DNA from: an uncultured virus (IMG/VR IMGVR_UViG_3300025109_000005)
Taxonomy: Duplodnaviria > Heunggongvirae > Uroviricota > Caudoviricetes
IMG/VR virus record: IMGVR_UViG_3300025109_000005
Length of the DNA stretch: 64,000 nucleotides
Strand: one strand, 5' to 3'
Under the pieces are notes generated by a model. That model was not told where the DNA came from and searched no databases. It saw only the letters and a program-made list of their open reading frames with translations. This document shows, in pieces, positions 54,267 to 63,790 of this stretch; the stretch's first letter is position 1; the number at the start of each line of letters is the position of its first letter. A program made the position numbers and the translations under genes.

Positions 54267-56972
54267 TTGACTTTCAATCCCCAAGAACACGGCGCAAAGT
54301 GCGAGGTGTGTCCGCTCGGACCTCGTGGCTGCTTCAACGATGAGGACTGGCGCCCTGTCGGTCCAGAGATTCATGAAGGTGCCACAGTTCTCGCTGTCGG
54401 AGAGAGTCCGTCGCACGAGGACACCCACCACCAGCGTCCTTTCATGGGTCGAGGCGCATCAGAGTGGGCGACAGCGCTGGCTGTGATCTGCAAGAGTCGG
54501 CCCGACATCGACCTCACCAACGTCATTGCGTGCAAGCCTCCTGGTCAGGCCAGTGGTGCCTGGACACGGATGACGCGGAAGCTCGACCGACTGAACAAGT
54601 CTCGACAGAGCAAGGGGCAACAGCCTCACCCTCACCCGATGACCTGTTGCCTGCCGCACTTGCACAGTCTGGCTGCCAAGTACGAGAACATCATCACGCT
54701 TGGTCGTATCGCGACACTCGCCCTGACTGGGCAGAACAAGAGCATCTTCTCTGTTCGCGGCGGCCCTATCTACGTCGATGAAGACTGGCAGACTTCCGGG
54801 GAGGGCCGGCGCGTCTTTCCCACCGTGCACCCGGACTACATTACTCGAGCGCCGTCCTGGCGCAGTGTCCTGCACGCAGACCTGGGTAAGGCGTTTCGCT
54901 GGTTCACCGGAGCACTCAAGTGGACAGACCCAGACATTCTCTGGCGTCCATCGCCCGATGATCTACGCACCTTTCTTGCGCAGCCTGCACCCTACTGGGC
55001 ATACGATGTGGAGACTGATGGAGTCGAGCCATTGGAGTGCGGGCTGCGCACCATCGCCATTGCCATCCCTGACCTGGATAGCAAGGGCCGAGTCGTCAAG
55101 GGTGGCCGGTCTGTTGCCCAGAACAGTTATGCCGTGGGCATCACGCTCCAGTCTGTGCGAGGCGCTCGGTGGCTCTGCCCCGAAGACGAAGCCGAGATCA
55201 AGGACATCCTGTGCAAGGCGTTCACCGACGGGCGCACCTGGGTGGGGCACAACGCGGGTAGCTTCGACCGGATGGTCATCGAGAACCACCTCGGTGTCAC
55301 CCCCGCGCCTCTCGTCGATACCCTCTTCTCCACGCGGTTCCGTGCGCCAGACCTACCGAAGGGGCTGAAGACAATCGGATCCATCCTGACAGACGTGGAG
55401 CGGTGGGAATCCACAGAGAAAGGCGCAAGCATCTCGACAGGCACCACCGATGACGACGAGCTCCTCCGATACAACTGCATCGACACCGTAGTCAACGCGC
55501 GCATCCTGCCCCCGCTCATCGAAGCGACAGACTTCAACGGTGCCTTCAGACAGCTGCCCGCGTGGGCGCGGCCTGCAAGCTGGCCCGACAAGCCCTGGAA
55601 CCTACACCAGGTCGACCATGCCACCCAGGACATGTGCGTGCAGATGCACAAGGCAGGTGTCTGGATTGACCAGACTCGTCGTCGTCAACTCGAGGACCAC
55701 TACACGGTCTTGGTGGGTCAACGTCAGAAGTGGCTCATCGATGAAGCCCGGGGATGGACGCAGACGTTCAACAACCCGGGTAGCGGGGACCAGGTACGCA
55801 ACCTGCTCTACGACATCTGGTCACTGGGCATCCCTCCACAAATCGATGCGCGTGAGTTCTACACCGAGACGGGTCTCCCAGGAACGGGGGATGCAGTCAT
55901 CCGAGCGCACCTCGCTGCAGACAATGTCACTGCGAATCAAGCGACGTGGCTCAAGCAGCTGCGTGTGTATCGGCGGGAAAAGAACAAGATCCTGGGCACT
56001 GTGCTCATCCCCATGCGCAGACGAGATGCAGACCCCGTGAAGGGCATCGTGTTCGAGGACGGTCGTGTCCGCAGCAACTGGAACGCACACGTCACCAGTG
56101 TGGGCAGGCTCAGCTCCAGTGGTCCGAACCTACAAAACATCGGCAACCGCAAGGGTCAGGCTCCGCTCAAGAGCATCTTCTCCGCACCTCCTGGTCGAAT
56201 GTTCATCGGGGCGGATCTGGACCAGGCCCACTTGAGAATCACCGCATGCTACTGGCGCATCCCGATGCTCCTCGAGTGCTTCGCCAGCGGACAGGACCCA
56301 CACAACACGCTGGCGTGGAGCGTGTTCGGCGACAAGTTCAAGAGCGCAGACGGCTGGGGCCCAGACGGATTCAGCCTTCACCGCAAGCCCCCGGGCGGCC
56401 AGGCCAAGTCCATGCGCGACATCATCAAGACGTTCAGGTACGCATCCATCTACTGGGCGTCTCCCGCAACGGTCTGGCAGGTGCTCACTTCGACGGAGAC
56501 GGATGAGGGCGATCTCCCCTACCTGGGATTCAGTCTGCGAGATGTTCGGTTCATCCACGATGCGTGGCTCGAGGCAGAGCCCGAATGGATGAAGGCATGG
56601 CAGTCAATGCTCAAGCTCTACCGCCAACAGGGATTCATGGACGAGCCTGTGTTCGGCAGACGGTCGGGCCCCCTGAGCGATGGCAAGAAGAACGAAGTGG
56701 TCAACTACCCGATATTGAGTGCCGAGTCTGCCGTCATGCGGATTGCCGAGCAGCGTCTGATCGAGCAGTTCCCCTATGGATTCGCAGGACCCGGCACGGG
56801 ACTCATCCACCAGTGCCACGACAGCGTTGCCATCGAAGTGCCCGACGAGGGAGAGCATCAGCTCGAGCAGTGGCGCAAGCTCGTCGAGCAGTGCATGACC
56901 GTCGAGGTTCCCGGGTGGGTGGTCACCATGACTTCCGAGGCCGCAGTCGGTAAGACTCTGAAGGAGGTCTGA
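54267..56972 (+). CDS. polA: Family A DNA polymerase with N-terminal family-4 UDG-like domain and 3'-5' exonuclease
   Basis: UDG: CEVCPL, VGESP, PFMG, TN..CKPP, HP. Exo: DVET, HN..FD, YNCID. Pol: GRLSS..PNLQN, DLDQAHLR, RDIIKTFRY, HD. Start probably TTG at 54267, after the hairpin. Confidence 0.92.
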   Translation: MTFNPQEHGAKCEVCPLGPRGCFNDEDWRPVGPEIHEGATVLAVGESPSHEDTHHQRPFMGRGASEWATALAVICKSRPDIDLTNVIACKPPGQASGAWTRMTRKLDRLNKSRQSKGQQPHPHPMTCCLPHLHSLAAKYENIITLGRIATLALTGQNKSIFSVRGGPIYVDEDWQTSGEGRRVFPTVHPDYITRAPSWRSVLHADLGKAFRWFTGALKWTDPDILWRPSPDDLRTFLAQPAPYWAYDVETDGVEPLECGLRTIAIAIPDLDSKGRVVKGGRSVAQNSYAVGITLQSVRGARWLCPEDEAEIKDILCKAFTDGRTWVGHNAGSFDRMVIENHLGVTPAPLVDTLFSTRFRAPDLPKGLKTIGSILTDVERWESTEKGASISTGTTDDDELLRYNCIDTVVNARILPPLIEATDFNGAFRQLPAWARPASWPDKPWNLHQVDHATQDMCVQMHKAGVWIDQTRRRQLEDHYTVLVGQRQKWLIDEARGWTQTFNNPGSGDQVRNLLYDIWSLGIPPQIDAREFYTETGLPGTGDAVIRAHLAADNVTANQATWLKQLRVYRREKNKILGTVLIPMRRRDADPVKGIVFEDGRVRSNWNAHVTSVGRLSSSGPNLQNIGNRKGQAPLKSIFSAPPGRMFIGADLDQAHLRITACYWRIPMLLECFASGQDPHNTLAWSVFGDKFKSADGWGPDGFSLHRKPPGGQAKSMRDIIKTFRYASIYWASPATVWQVLTSTETDEGDLPYLGFSLRDVRFIHDAWLEAEPEWMKAWQSMLKLYRQQGFMDEPVFGRRSGPLSDGKKNEVVNYPILSAESAVMRIAEQRLIEQFPYGFAGPGTGLIHQCHDSVAIEVPDEGEHQLEQWRKLVEQCMTVEVPGWVVTMTSEAAVGKTLKEV

Positions 56973-57394
56973 TGACAACCGCACGCTGGTTCCTGGCACA
57001 CAGCAAGAGCTGTCCGGTCGAGCACATCGATACCTGGGCCAAGGCACTCACCCCAGCACTCACCTCACCGGGGTGGGATGCGCAGGTCACCTCGGCTCGA
57101 GACGACTATGAGCTCCGCGCGCGAGCAATGGGTGGGTGGCACCGCTGGTGCCAGGACGTGCCGAGGGGTGTGCGGTGGGATGGTACGCCACTCTTCCACG
57201 GCATCATCATTCCCGAAGGACCCATCGTCGGTCGAGCGACAGACAGTCTGATTCGTGGGTTCCTCGATGCGGGTAAACATGTCTTTGCGTGGGAGCCCAG
57301 CACAGGCAGATTCCACGCTGTCAGCGGATTAAAGGAGCTCGGGCTCGACAACTGGAAGCAGTGGTCGAAAATCGTGTTGACTTCTATATCTTGA
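56972..57394 (+). CDS. Hypothetical alpha/beta protein (weak nucleoside deoxyribosyltransferase-like appearance)
   Basis: WFLAHS...VGRAT...GKHVFAW; coupled to polA. Confidence 0.6.
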   Translation: MTTARWFLAHSKSCPVEHIDTWAKALTPALTSPGWDAQVTSARDDYELRARAMGGWHRWCQDVPRGVRWDGTPLFHGIIIPEGPIVGRATDSLIRGFLDAGKHVFAWEPSTGRFHAVSGLKELGLDNWKQWSKIVLTSIS

Positions 57395-57405
57395 ATCGTT
57401 ACCAT
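57377..57405 (+). promoter_or_regulatory. Sigma70-type promoter
   Basis: TTGACT-17-TACCAT. Confidence 0.7.
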
Positions 57406-57425
57406 CAGGGAATACAGGAGCAGTC

Positions 57426-59351
57426 ATGGCAAAGAAACAAATCCCCCTCCACGTTCAACAGATCAAGTCCAACCTCAAGAGCATCGACGGCGAGGCCTGG
57501 CATGTCGATCTCGGAGACAAGACACTCATCGTCGGGCCGAACGGCAGTCACAAGTCTGCCATCGCCCAGTCTCTCGAGCTGGCAGTCAGTGGTGCCGCAG
57601 ACGACATCGTCGGACGCACTGCCGTGAAGTCAGGAGACACCCTGCTTTCGACAGCTCACGAGGATGCTCTCTGGATCCAGGCGAACCTCTCCAACGGGGA
57701 GATCTCCTCTTTCAAAGTACAGAGAGAGGACGAGAAAGTCAAGCGCCCGGCTCATGTCAGCAACAGCACGGCTGTCCTTCCCCTGCGGGATGTGAAGGCC
57801 GCACTGGCGGGCTCGACGTCCACGGCCATGCGTGCCTTCTTCACGTGGGCCTGCGCCGACATCAGTGAGGATGCGTTCATCGTCGAGTCGTCTCCAGCCG
57901 TGAACATCACCTCGTCGCAGGATGTGCAGGAGGCTCTCGACGCCTACGAGATCTACTCGCGTCACCGCAAGGACAGCCCTGCTGACCGACTGCTCTCGCT
58001 GTACCAGTACACGGGTGAGCAGGTACGGAGTCGGTCAGGCAAGATCAAGGCGCTCGAGGCGAGAACCGTCGTCCTGCAGCATACGCTCTTCGATAGCTGT
58101 CCTTCCGACGAGGACATCGATGGAGCCAAGCAGCAACTGGTGCGCGCCGCGAGCGCGAACAGTGCGCCCACCCAGGAGATCGAAGCCGCAGAGGATGCGG
58201 TCCGTCTGTGGACCGAGCGAGTCAGGAGTCTGGACGCATCTCTCGTCTCCGACTCCATGGCGAACTGCGCGAACTCCATTCTCACGACAGCGACATTCGA
58301 GCACCTGCAGAGTTGTCCTATCTGTGCCTCCCCGGTTGGATTGGAGCACCTGCGCGCATGTCAGAGCCACTACAGCGGACAGGCGGACGCAGAGACCGAG
58401 GCCATCAGCGGAGACATCGAGACTGCCAACGAGAACCTCGTGGCATGGAAGACACACCTGGAGAAGCTGCGTAGCCAGTCTGCCGTCGATAGCAGCTCGG
58501 TCATTCGTGCTGCCAACGAGTTGACCGACATGGTCGCCAATCGGAAGCAGTGGGATGAGTTCTCCCAGTGCCGTGAAGACGTCAACGCACTTGAGGTAGA
58601 AGTCGACAGCTTCGGTCGAGCGAAGAAGGGCGTCGAGGTCATCATCAAAGACGTCCTCGCACAGCACACGATGTCATTCGTGGAGTCGGTGAACCGGTTC
58701 CTGCCCAAGGGGTACGTCTTCGACATGACCGTGCACCCGAAGCTGTCGGTGGGTCTGGTTCGTAACGGTGCTCTGCACACTGCCCTGAGCGGTGCCGAGT
58801 GGGTGACTGTGACGGCTGCCATCGCCATGGTCGCATCCTCTTCGATGGATGCCGAGCTTCGGGTCATCGTGCTCGAGGACCGTGCGCTCGACCCCGACAC
58901 ACTGCGCGGCCTGCTCAAGACGTTCAGTGCGTTCAATGGTCAGGTCGTCATCACCAGCGTGACCAAGCCGAAGGGTCGCCCCTTCAAGGCCTGGAAGGTC
59001 ATCGACCTGTACAAGGCTCCGCTGTGCGATGCTCCAATAATCAGCGCTGCTCCCGAACCTGACGCTGCCCCAGAGCCCGAAGCAGAGCCCGAAGCAGAGC
59101 TCCCCCCTGCGCCACCGACGGAGCCCGTGGTGGTCAAGCGGCGCAAGCGGTCAGCCATCAAGGCACCCTCCTCGAGGAAGATCCTCAAGGGCTTGGGCTA
59201 CACCGACGCTGACCTGGACGTCATGACGCCAGATACTGCGGTGAGCATCATCAAGGAGGGGCTGCTCGCCAAGGACGTGGACACGCACTCGGACGGCACG
59301 GTCACCGTGATCCTACGCCCGAACGTACACCAGCTTCCTCGCCTCCAGTGA
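57426..59351 (+). CDS. Rad50/SbcC-like ABC ATPase
   Basis: GPNGSHKS Walker A, coiled coils with central CPIC hook, LSGAE signature, VIVLED..ALD. Confidence 0.85.
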   Translation: MAKKQIPLHVQQIKSNLKSIDGEAWHVDLGDKTLIVGPNGSHKSAIAQSLELAVSGAADDIVGRTAVKSGDTLLSTAHEDALWIQANLSNGEISSFKVQREDEKVKRPAHVSNSTAVLPLRDVKAALAGSTSTAMRAFFTWACADISEDAFIVESSPAVNITSSQDVQEALDAYEIYSRHRKDSPADRLLSLYQYTGEQVRSRSGKIKALEARTVVLQHTLFDSCPSDEDIDGAKQQLVRAASANSAPTQEIEAAEDAVRLWTERVRSLDASLVSDSMANCANSILTTATFEHLQSCPICASPVGLEHLRACQSHYSGQADAETEAISGDIETANENLVAWKTHLEKLRSQSAVDSSSVIRAANELTDMVANRKQWDEFSQCREDVNALEVEVDSFGRAKKGVEVIIKDVLAQHTMSFVESVNRFLPKGYVFDMTVHPKLSVGLVRNGALHTALSGAEWVTVTAAIAMVASSSMDAELRVIVLEDRALDPDTLRGLLKTFSAFNGQVVITSVTKPKGRPFKAWKVIDLYKAPLCDAPIISAAPEPDAAPEPEAEPEAELPPAPPTEPVVVKRRKRSAIKAPSSRKILKGLGYTDADLDVMTPDTAVSIIKEGLLAKDVDTHSDGTVTVILRPNVHQLPRLQ

Positions 59352-59572
59352 TTTGCCCGCAATGCAGCGAGAAGACGATAGTGTCCAACACGAGGACTCG
59401 ACAGAGTATCGAGTCGCGGAAACACAGAATCATTCGAGAGGCGTACAGATTGATGCGCGGGTACGACAACTGGGTCGTCAGGCGAAGGCGGTGCTCACAG
59501 TGCGACTGGTCGGGAGTGACCATCGAGCTGTTGACCAACGATTTCAGACGAGGATGGTTTCGCCGTGACTGA
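59348..59572 (+). CDS. NrdR N-terminal-like zinc-ribbon protein
   Basis: CPQC...V.NTR...VRRRRCSQC....TIE. Confidence 0.75.
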   Translation: MICPQCSEKTIVSNTRTRQSIESRKHRIIREAYRLMRGYDNWVVRRRRCSQCDWSGVTIELLTNDFRRGWFRRD

Positions 59573-59742
59573 CTGGGACGTACTTCACAGCAGCATGTTC
59601 AGGCCTTCGCCCACCAACCCCATCAAGCTGGTGCGCCTGACCACAATCTCAGAAAAATGAACCGACTCGTGTCCGCGTTGGCAACTTCGGATCGTTCTTA
59701 CACACAGAGAGATACGTTCAACCCCATCCCTTTGGAGACATT

Positions 59743-60219
59743 GTGGAAACCTCAACCATCATCAACAACTACCCCCTGTCCCCCGAAGCCATCGAGGCCC
59801 TCGTCGCTGACGCAAGGCACTCGAATCAAGCAGTTCACGAGAGCTTTCTCGTGCACTACGCACAGCAGGAGACCCCCAGCGAGATCAACAATCATGTCCT
59901 CGCCCACTTCCAGAGCGACAAGCGCAAGCGCGAGCAGCAGCGAGACCTCGATGAGATCCGCCACTACCTCTCGATACCACCTACTCAGCGCCTGAGTCTC
60001 ATGGTCGAGAGTTGGGCCGAGTTCTTGACGGACCATGGGGATGACGAAGACGCTTCGCTCATCAAGTTCCTCGAAGACATCGCATTGCTACTCTACGCCG
60101 ATGACGGGGAAACAGCGCTACTCCTGGCGTACCATGGCGCTGAGTTGCTGGACGGGAACCTCCCCGACGACCTGGACATCGAGCACAGCCGCTTCTGGTC
60201 CGACGTGGAGAAGTCATGA
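59743..60219 (+). CDS. Hypothetical protein
   Basis: 158-aa acidic ORF; GGAG RBS. Confidence 0.65.
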   Translation: METSTIINNYPLSPEAIEALVADARHSNQAVHESFLVHYAQQETPSEINNHVLAHFQSDKRKREQQRDLDEIRHYLSIPPTQRLSLMVESWAEFLTDHGDDEDASLIKFLEDIALLLYADDGETALLLAYHGAELLDGNLPDDLDIEHSRFWSDVEKS

Positions 60220-60506
60220 CACCAGCCACTCCCATCTTCTTCTGGTTCCTGTGCAACCGACCCGGCGCTGTCTGGGTAGGTACGCAGGAGACCTGGGACT
60301 GGTGGCTCAGCGAGGAGGGCGGGGCATGCGAGCAGCCGCACCTGCTTCATGAAGGTGTCCTGTGTAACTTCGCAGGCAGAGCCGTCGAGTGGCACCAGTG
60401 GTGGCCTCGAGACGAGGAGGGCTCGTGGCCTGTAGCGCACACCTGTCGAGACCTTGCACAGGTTCTCGGGTGCCCTACTCCGAGCGTTTCCGGTCGAGCT
60501 CCTTGA
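60216..60506 (+). CDS. Hypothetical Trp-rich protein
   Basis: ATGA-coupled ORF. Confidence 0.5.
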   Translation: MTPATPIFFWFLCNRPGAVWVGTQETWDWWLSEEGGACEQPHLLHEGVLCNFAGRAVEWHQWWPRDEEGSWPVAHTCRDLAQVLGCPTPSVSGRAP

Positions 60507-60519
60507 GCCCCTCGTCCAG

Positions 60520-60548
60520 TTTACACGCTTCGCTGGAAGAGATACAGT
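60520..60548 (+). promoter_or_regulatory. Sigma70-type promoter
   Basis: TTTACA-17-TACAGT upstream of the AAGGAGG RBS of 60597. Confidence 0.55.
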
Positions 60549-60596
60549 TGACATGGGTACTGCCCACTCACACTGACACCTCCAAAGGAGGCTGAT

Positions 60597-61283
60597 ATGC
60601 CCGTCTCTCTTCCCCGCTTGCAGCAGTCACAGGTTGCTGCTGCCGTCAACCGCTCACGAGCCCAGGCCATCAAGGTCACCACGGCTGAAGCCATCACCGC
60701 GAACGACATCATCGTCGCCACCAGCTGTAGCGCTACTGGTCTCATGACTGTCAGCAAGGCCGACGCGGATTCCCTGACACTGTGTCGCGGACCCTTCTTC
60801 ATCGCAGACTACACCGCTGCGTCTGGTGTCACCACCGACCTGGCGATTCCCTGGAAGGTCATCACTGGAGTCGACACCAGCGCTGCTTCTCAGGTCGGAG
60901 ATCCTGTCTGGCTCAGCACCACTGCAGGCGCCTATGTCGTTTCAGTTATCCCAGCAGCTACAGCAACGAGTAATGATTTTGCGCTCGCGGTCAAGATTGG
61001 GCGCGTGCTCGTTGTTGGTGGTACTGGTGTTGGTGTGGTCATGCTCGAGCCGGGTATGGCTAACGGCGCCCCACTCGTCGGTCGCGTGACTCTGGACACC
61101 AGTGGGTCAACGACAGTTGATGGGTTTACCGCGGAGCTTGACGGCTCCCCCGTAGTCGTCAACTCAGGTAACGCCGGGAGTATCGACGCCAGCGACTGTA
61201 ACGCAGCAATCGCCAGTGGAACGCTGACAATCAGAAGCACCACCGGCATCACTACCGTAGCCACCTACATGATTCACTCGTAG
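60597..61283 (+). CDS. Virion decoration / head-fibre-like protein
   Basis: A.EAI.A.D...KADAD...GVDTS...VGDPVWLS..AG....KIGRV pattern; Thr/Ala/Gly-rich. Confidence 0.6.
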   Translation: MPVSLPRLQQSQVAAAVNRSRAQAIKVTTAEAITANDIIVATSCSATGLMTVSKADADSLTLCRGPFFIADYTAASGVTTDLAIPWKVITGVDTSAASQVGDPVWLSTTAGAYVVSVIPAATATSNDFALAVKIGRVLVVGGTGVGVVMLEPGMANGAPLVGRVTLDTSGSTTVDGFTAELDGSPVVVNSGNAGSIDASDCNAAIASGTLTIRSTTGITTVATYMIHS

Positions 61284-61475
61284 GCATCTCGCACCTCGGC
61301 GTCCGCCAGCAAATCCACCAGGACGCCGGGGTGTCTGCGCCGAGGCACTCACGCCTATGTGAAATCGACTCGCGTGCAGTGGTAATGAGAGCCCGAACAG
61401 GATAGACTTCAGAGGCTGCGGCATCACTGTCTCAGCCCCGGTAGTTTGACTAATCCCACCCCCGGAGGTGTTGCT

Positions 61476-63518
61476 ATGCCTGACTCGGCAGTCGGCTCGA
61501 GGACCAGCCTCGATCTGCTGCAGGGAGTTCGCTCGCGTCTACAACAAGCGTCACGTGGTGACATCGCCGCCATCTGGTCGGACCTCCAAGAAGTCGAGGT
61601 GCTCGAACAGCTCTCGGCGGAGTGGGGGGATGCACTACGCGCAGAGTTCACGGTCATCGAGTCGATACCCGGTTGCGCCCAGCGGACCCGTACCCTGGTA
61701 CGTTCCGTCGAACGTCTCGTCGAAGAGAACCGTAGTCGCCAGATTCGGGCGCAGATGGCTCAGCTCGAGCAGCAGATCTCTGTGGTCACGTCGCTCTCGG
61801 CAGAGCTCGATGTGCCGCCCGCAGTTGTCCCTGCTCCATGCCTCGCCCAGCTTCACGTCCCCTCTGGTTACCGGGTCAACGCTCGTGGTGTGTTCCGCGT
61901 GCGCCCCACCGAAGAGGGAGAGATCAGCGAGACCGTCATCGCACCTGCCCCCATCTTCCTGTCCAGGCGCTCACACGATGTGTTGACGGGTGAGTCCAAG
62001 CGTGAGGTGGTATGGCATGGTGCCAGTGGTTGGTGCTCTCGAGTGGTCGACCGTCGCACCATCATGGACGCGCGCAAGATCATCGAGCTGACCGACTTCG
62101 ATGCGCCCATCAACTCCAACGTCACCTCTGCCGTGGTCGCCTACCTGGCGGACTTCGAGGCAGAGAACGCCCACAGGCTTCCTGCCACCCTGTCGTCCTC
62201 GCGCATGGGCTGGCTACCTGACGGCTCGTTCCTGTTGCACGACAGGCACTACACCCAGGACGAGAGCGTCGGCTATGCCCTGACGCCTCCACCTGGTCAC
62301 GAGAAGGCAGCGAGTGGTTGGTGTGCGTCCGGTGAGTGGGAGAAGTGGCAGGAAGCTGTCGAGCTCGTGAAGGACTATCCCTACATGATGGTCTCCATCT
62401 ACGCGAGCTGTGCGGCTCCGCTGCTCGAGGTGCTGGGGGTGCAGGGCTTCGTCCTCGACTTCTCTGGTGAGACCAGTGGCGGTAAGACCACCGCACTCAG
62501 GCTCGCAGCCAGTGTGTGGGGCAAGGCAGCAGACACCTACCCGACTGCAATCTACGGCTGGGATGCGACCAAGGTATGGATCGAGCGAACCGCTGGGTTC
62601 CTGCACAACCTGCCACTCATCCTCGACGAGACCAAGCGGGCCAAGCATCCAAGCGTCGTGCGCGATGTCATCTATGACTTCGTCCAGGGACAGGGTCGAG
62701 GCCGTGGCTCGGTCGATGGAACCCGACAGACCCATAGCTGGCGCAGCATCCTCATCTCCAGCGGTGAGGGCGCAGCCACCAGCTTCAGCCAGGACGCAGG
62801 AACGCGCGCTCGAGTCATCAGCCTGCGCGGCAAGCCGCTGGGCAACGATGCCGTCGTCGGCGGACAGATCAGTGAGGACGTGCAGACCATCCTCGCTCGG
62901 CACCATGGACACCTCGGTCGGATGGTGGTCGAGTACCTGGTGAGCAACCAGCAGAACTACGAGACGTTCATCGAGGTGTTCCGCAAGACCAGGGACCACT
63001 ACGCCAAGTCGGCAGGCAATGCTGTGGCGCGTCGACAGTCCTCGCACATGGCCGTGCTCGAGGTGGCCGCCAGCATCGCACACTCGCTGGGGTTGCCTCG
63101 TCCAGACGTCGACCCGTTCATGTGTCTGATCGAGTCAGCAGAGAGGGCAGGTCGAGATGCCGACCGTCCGCTCGCTGCCATGCAGGACGTGGTCTCATGG
63201 TGCGCAGTCAACCAGACGAAGTTCTGGGGACGTCACAACAAGCGGTCTGACAACACCACTGTCGCTCCGCACAACGGTTGGGCTGGTGCGTGGCCTGGCT
63301 CGACGAACTGGAGTGAGGTCGGCCTGACCAGCACAGAGCTCCGACGCATCCTACGAACCCACGAGTACGACTTCTCCGAGATCGTGGACCGCTGGGTCGA
63401 GCGCAAGTGGCTCAGGGTAGGCGGGAGCAGGACGACCAGGCCGCTTCGTATCGATGGGATGCAGGTGCGCTGCTACTGTCTGCGACGAGACGTGGTCGAG
63501 ATGCTCATAGAAGACTGA
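61476..63518 (+). CDS. DUF927-domain replicative helicase (Cch-like)
   Basis: SRMGW, GETSGGKTT, LPLILDE, GQGRGRG, WRSILISSGE and RARV motifs; ATG at 61476 after GGAGG. Confidence 0.85.
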   Translation: MPDSAVGSRTSLDLLQGVRSRLQQASRGDIAAIWSDLQEVEVLEQLSAEWGDALRAEFTVIESIPGCAQRTRTLVRSVERLVEENRSRQIRAQMAQLEQQISVVTSLSAELDVPPAVVPAPCLAQLHVPSGYRVNARGVFRVRPTEEGEISETVIAPAPIFLSRRSHDVLTGESKREVVWHGASGWCSRVVDRRTIMDARKIIELTDFDAPINSNVTSAVVAYLADFEAENAHRLPATLSSSRMGWLPDGSFLLHDRHYTQDESVGYALTPPPGHEKAASGWCASGEWEKWQEAVELVKDYPYMMVSIYASCAAPLLEVLGVQGFVLDFSGETSGGKTTALRLAASVWGKAADTYPTAIYGWDATKVWIERTAGFLHNLPLILDETKRAKHPSVVRDVIYDFVQGQGRGRGSVDGTRQTHSWRSILISSGEGAATSFSQDAGTRARVISLRGKPLGNDAVVGGQISEDVQTILARHHGHLGRMVVEYLVSNQQNYETFIEVFRKTRDHYAKSAGNAVARRQSSHMAVLEVAASIAHSLGLPRPDVDPFMCLIESAERAGRDADRPLAAMQDVVSWCAVNQTKFWGRHNKRSDNTTVAPHNGWAGAWPGSTNWSEVGLTSTELRRILRTHEYDFSEIVDRWVERKWLRVGGSRTTRPLRIDGMQVRCYCLRRDVVEMLIED

Positions 63519-63520
63519 CG

Positions 63521-63790
63521 CTACGCCTCGAGACCGAGCATCAACGAGGCCGTGCGCCACTTCGACTCCAGCGAATCATCGGTAGCTATCAGTGCATCGA
63601 GGTCATCGTCGGTCAGGTCGTCAACCGTAGTCCAGGCAAGGTCGACCTCCGACTGCTGCAGGAGCAACTCGGTCACCGCCGCACCGTAGATGATGCCTGC
63701 ACACAACGTCTCTGCGAAGTAGTCTGCGTCTGCGAATGGTCCAACAGTGTTCACGGTGGGTCTCCAGGTTGCGAGGTAGGGTCGCTTCAC
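63521..63790 (-). CDS. Hypothetical protein
   Basis: 89-aa ORF converging on the helicase. Confidence 0.5.
   Translation of the reverse strand: MKRPYLATWRPTVNTVGPFADADYFAETLCAGIIYGAAVTELLLQQSEVDLAWTTVDDLTDDDLDALIATDDSLESKWRTASLMLGLEA

Noticed and set aside
54267..56972. DpoZ / Z-genome, or uracil/hmU DNA implied by the UDG-PolA fusion
   Set aside because: No purZ, datZ, mazZ, dCMP deaminase or hydroxymethylase was recognised; UDG-PolA fusions are already known (SPO1-type).
5480..63083. Long antisense or alternate-frame ORFs in the track (e.g. 5480-6559, 24257-25216, 37766-38800, 48938-49978, 62214-63083)
   Set aside because: They shadow well-supported genes, as expected in high-GC DNA, and lack motifs or an RBS.
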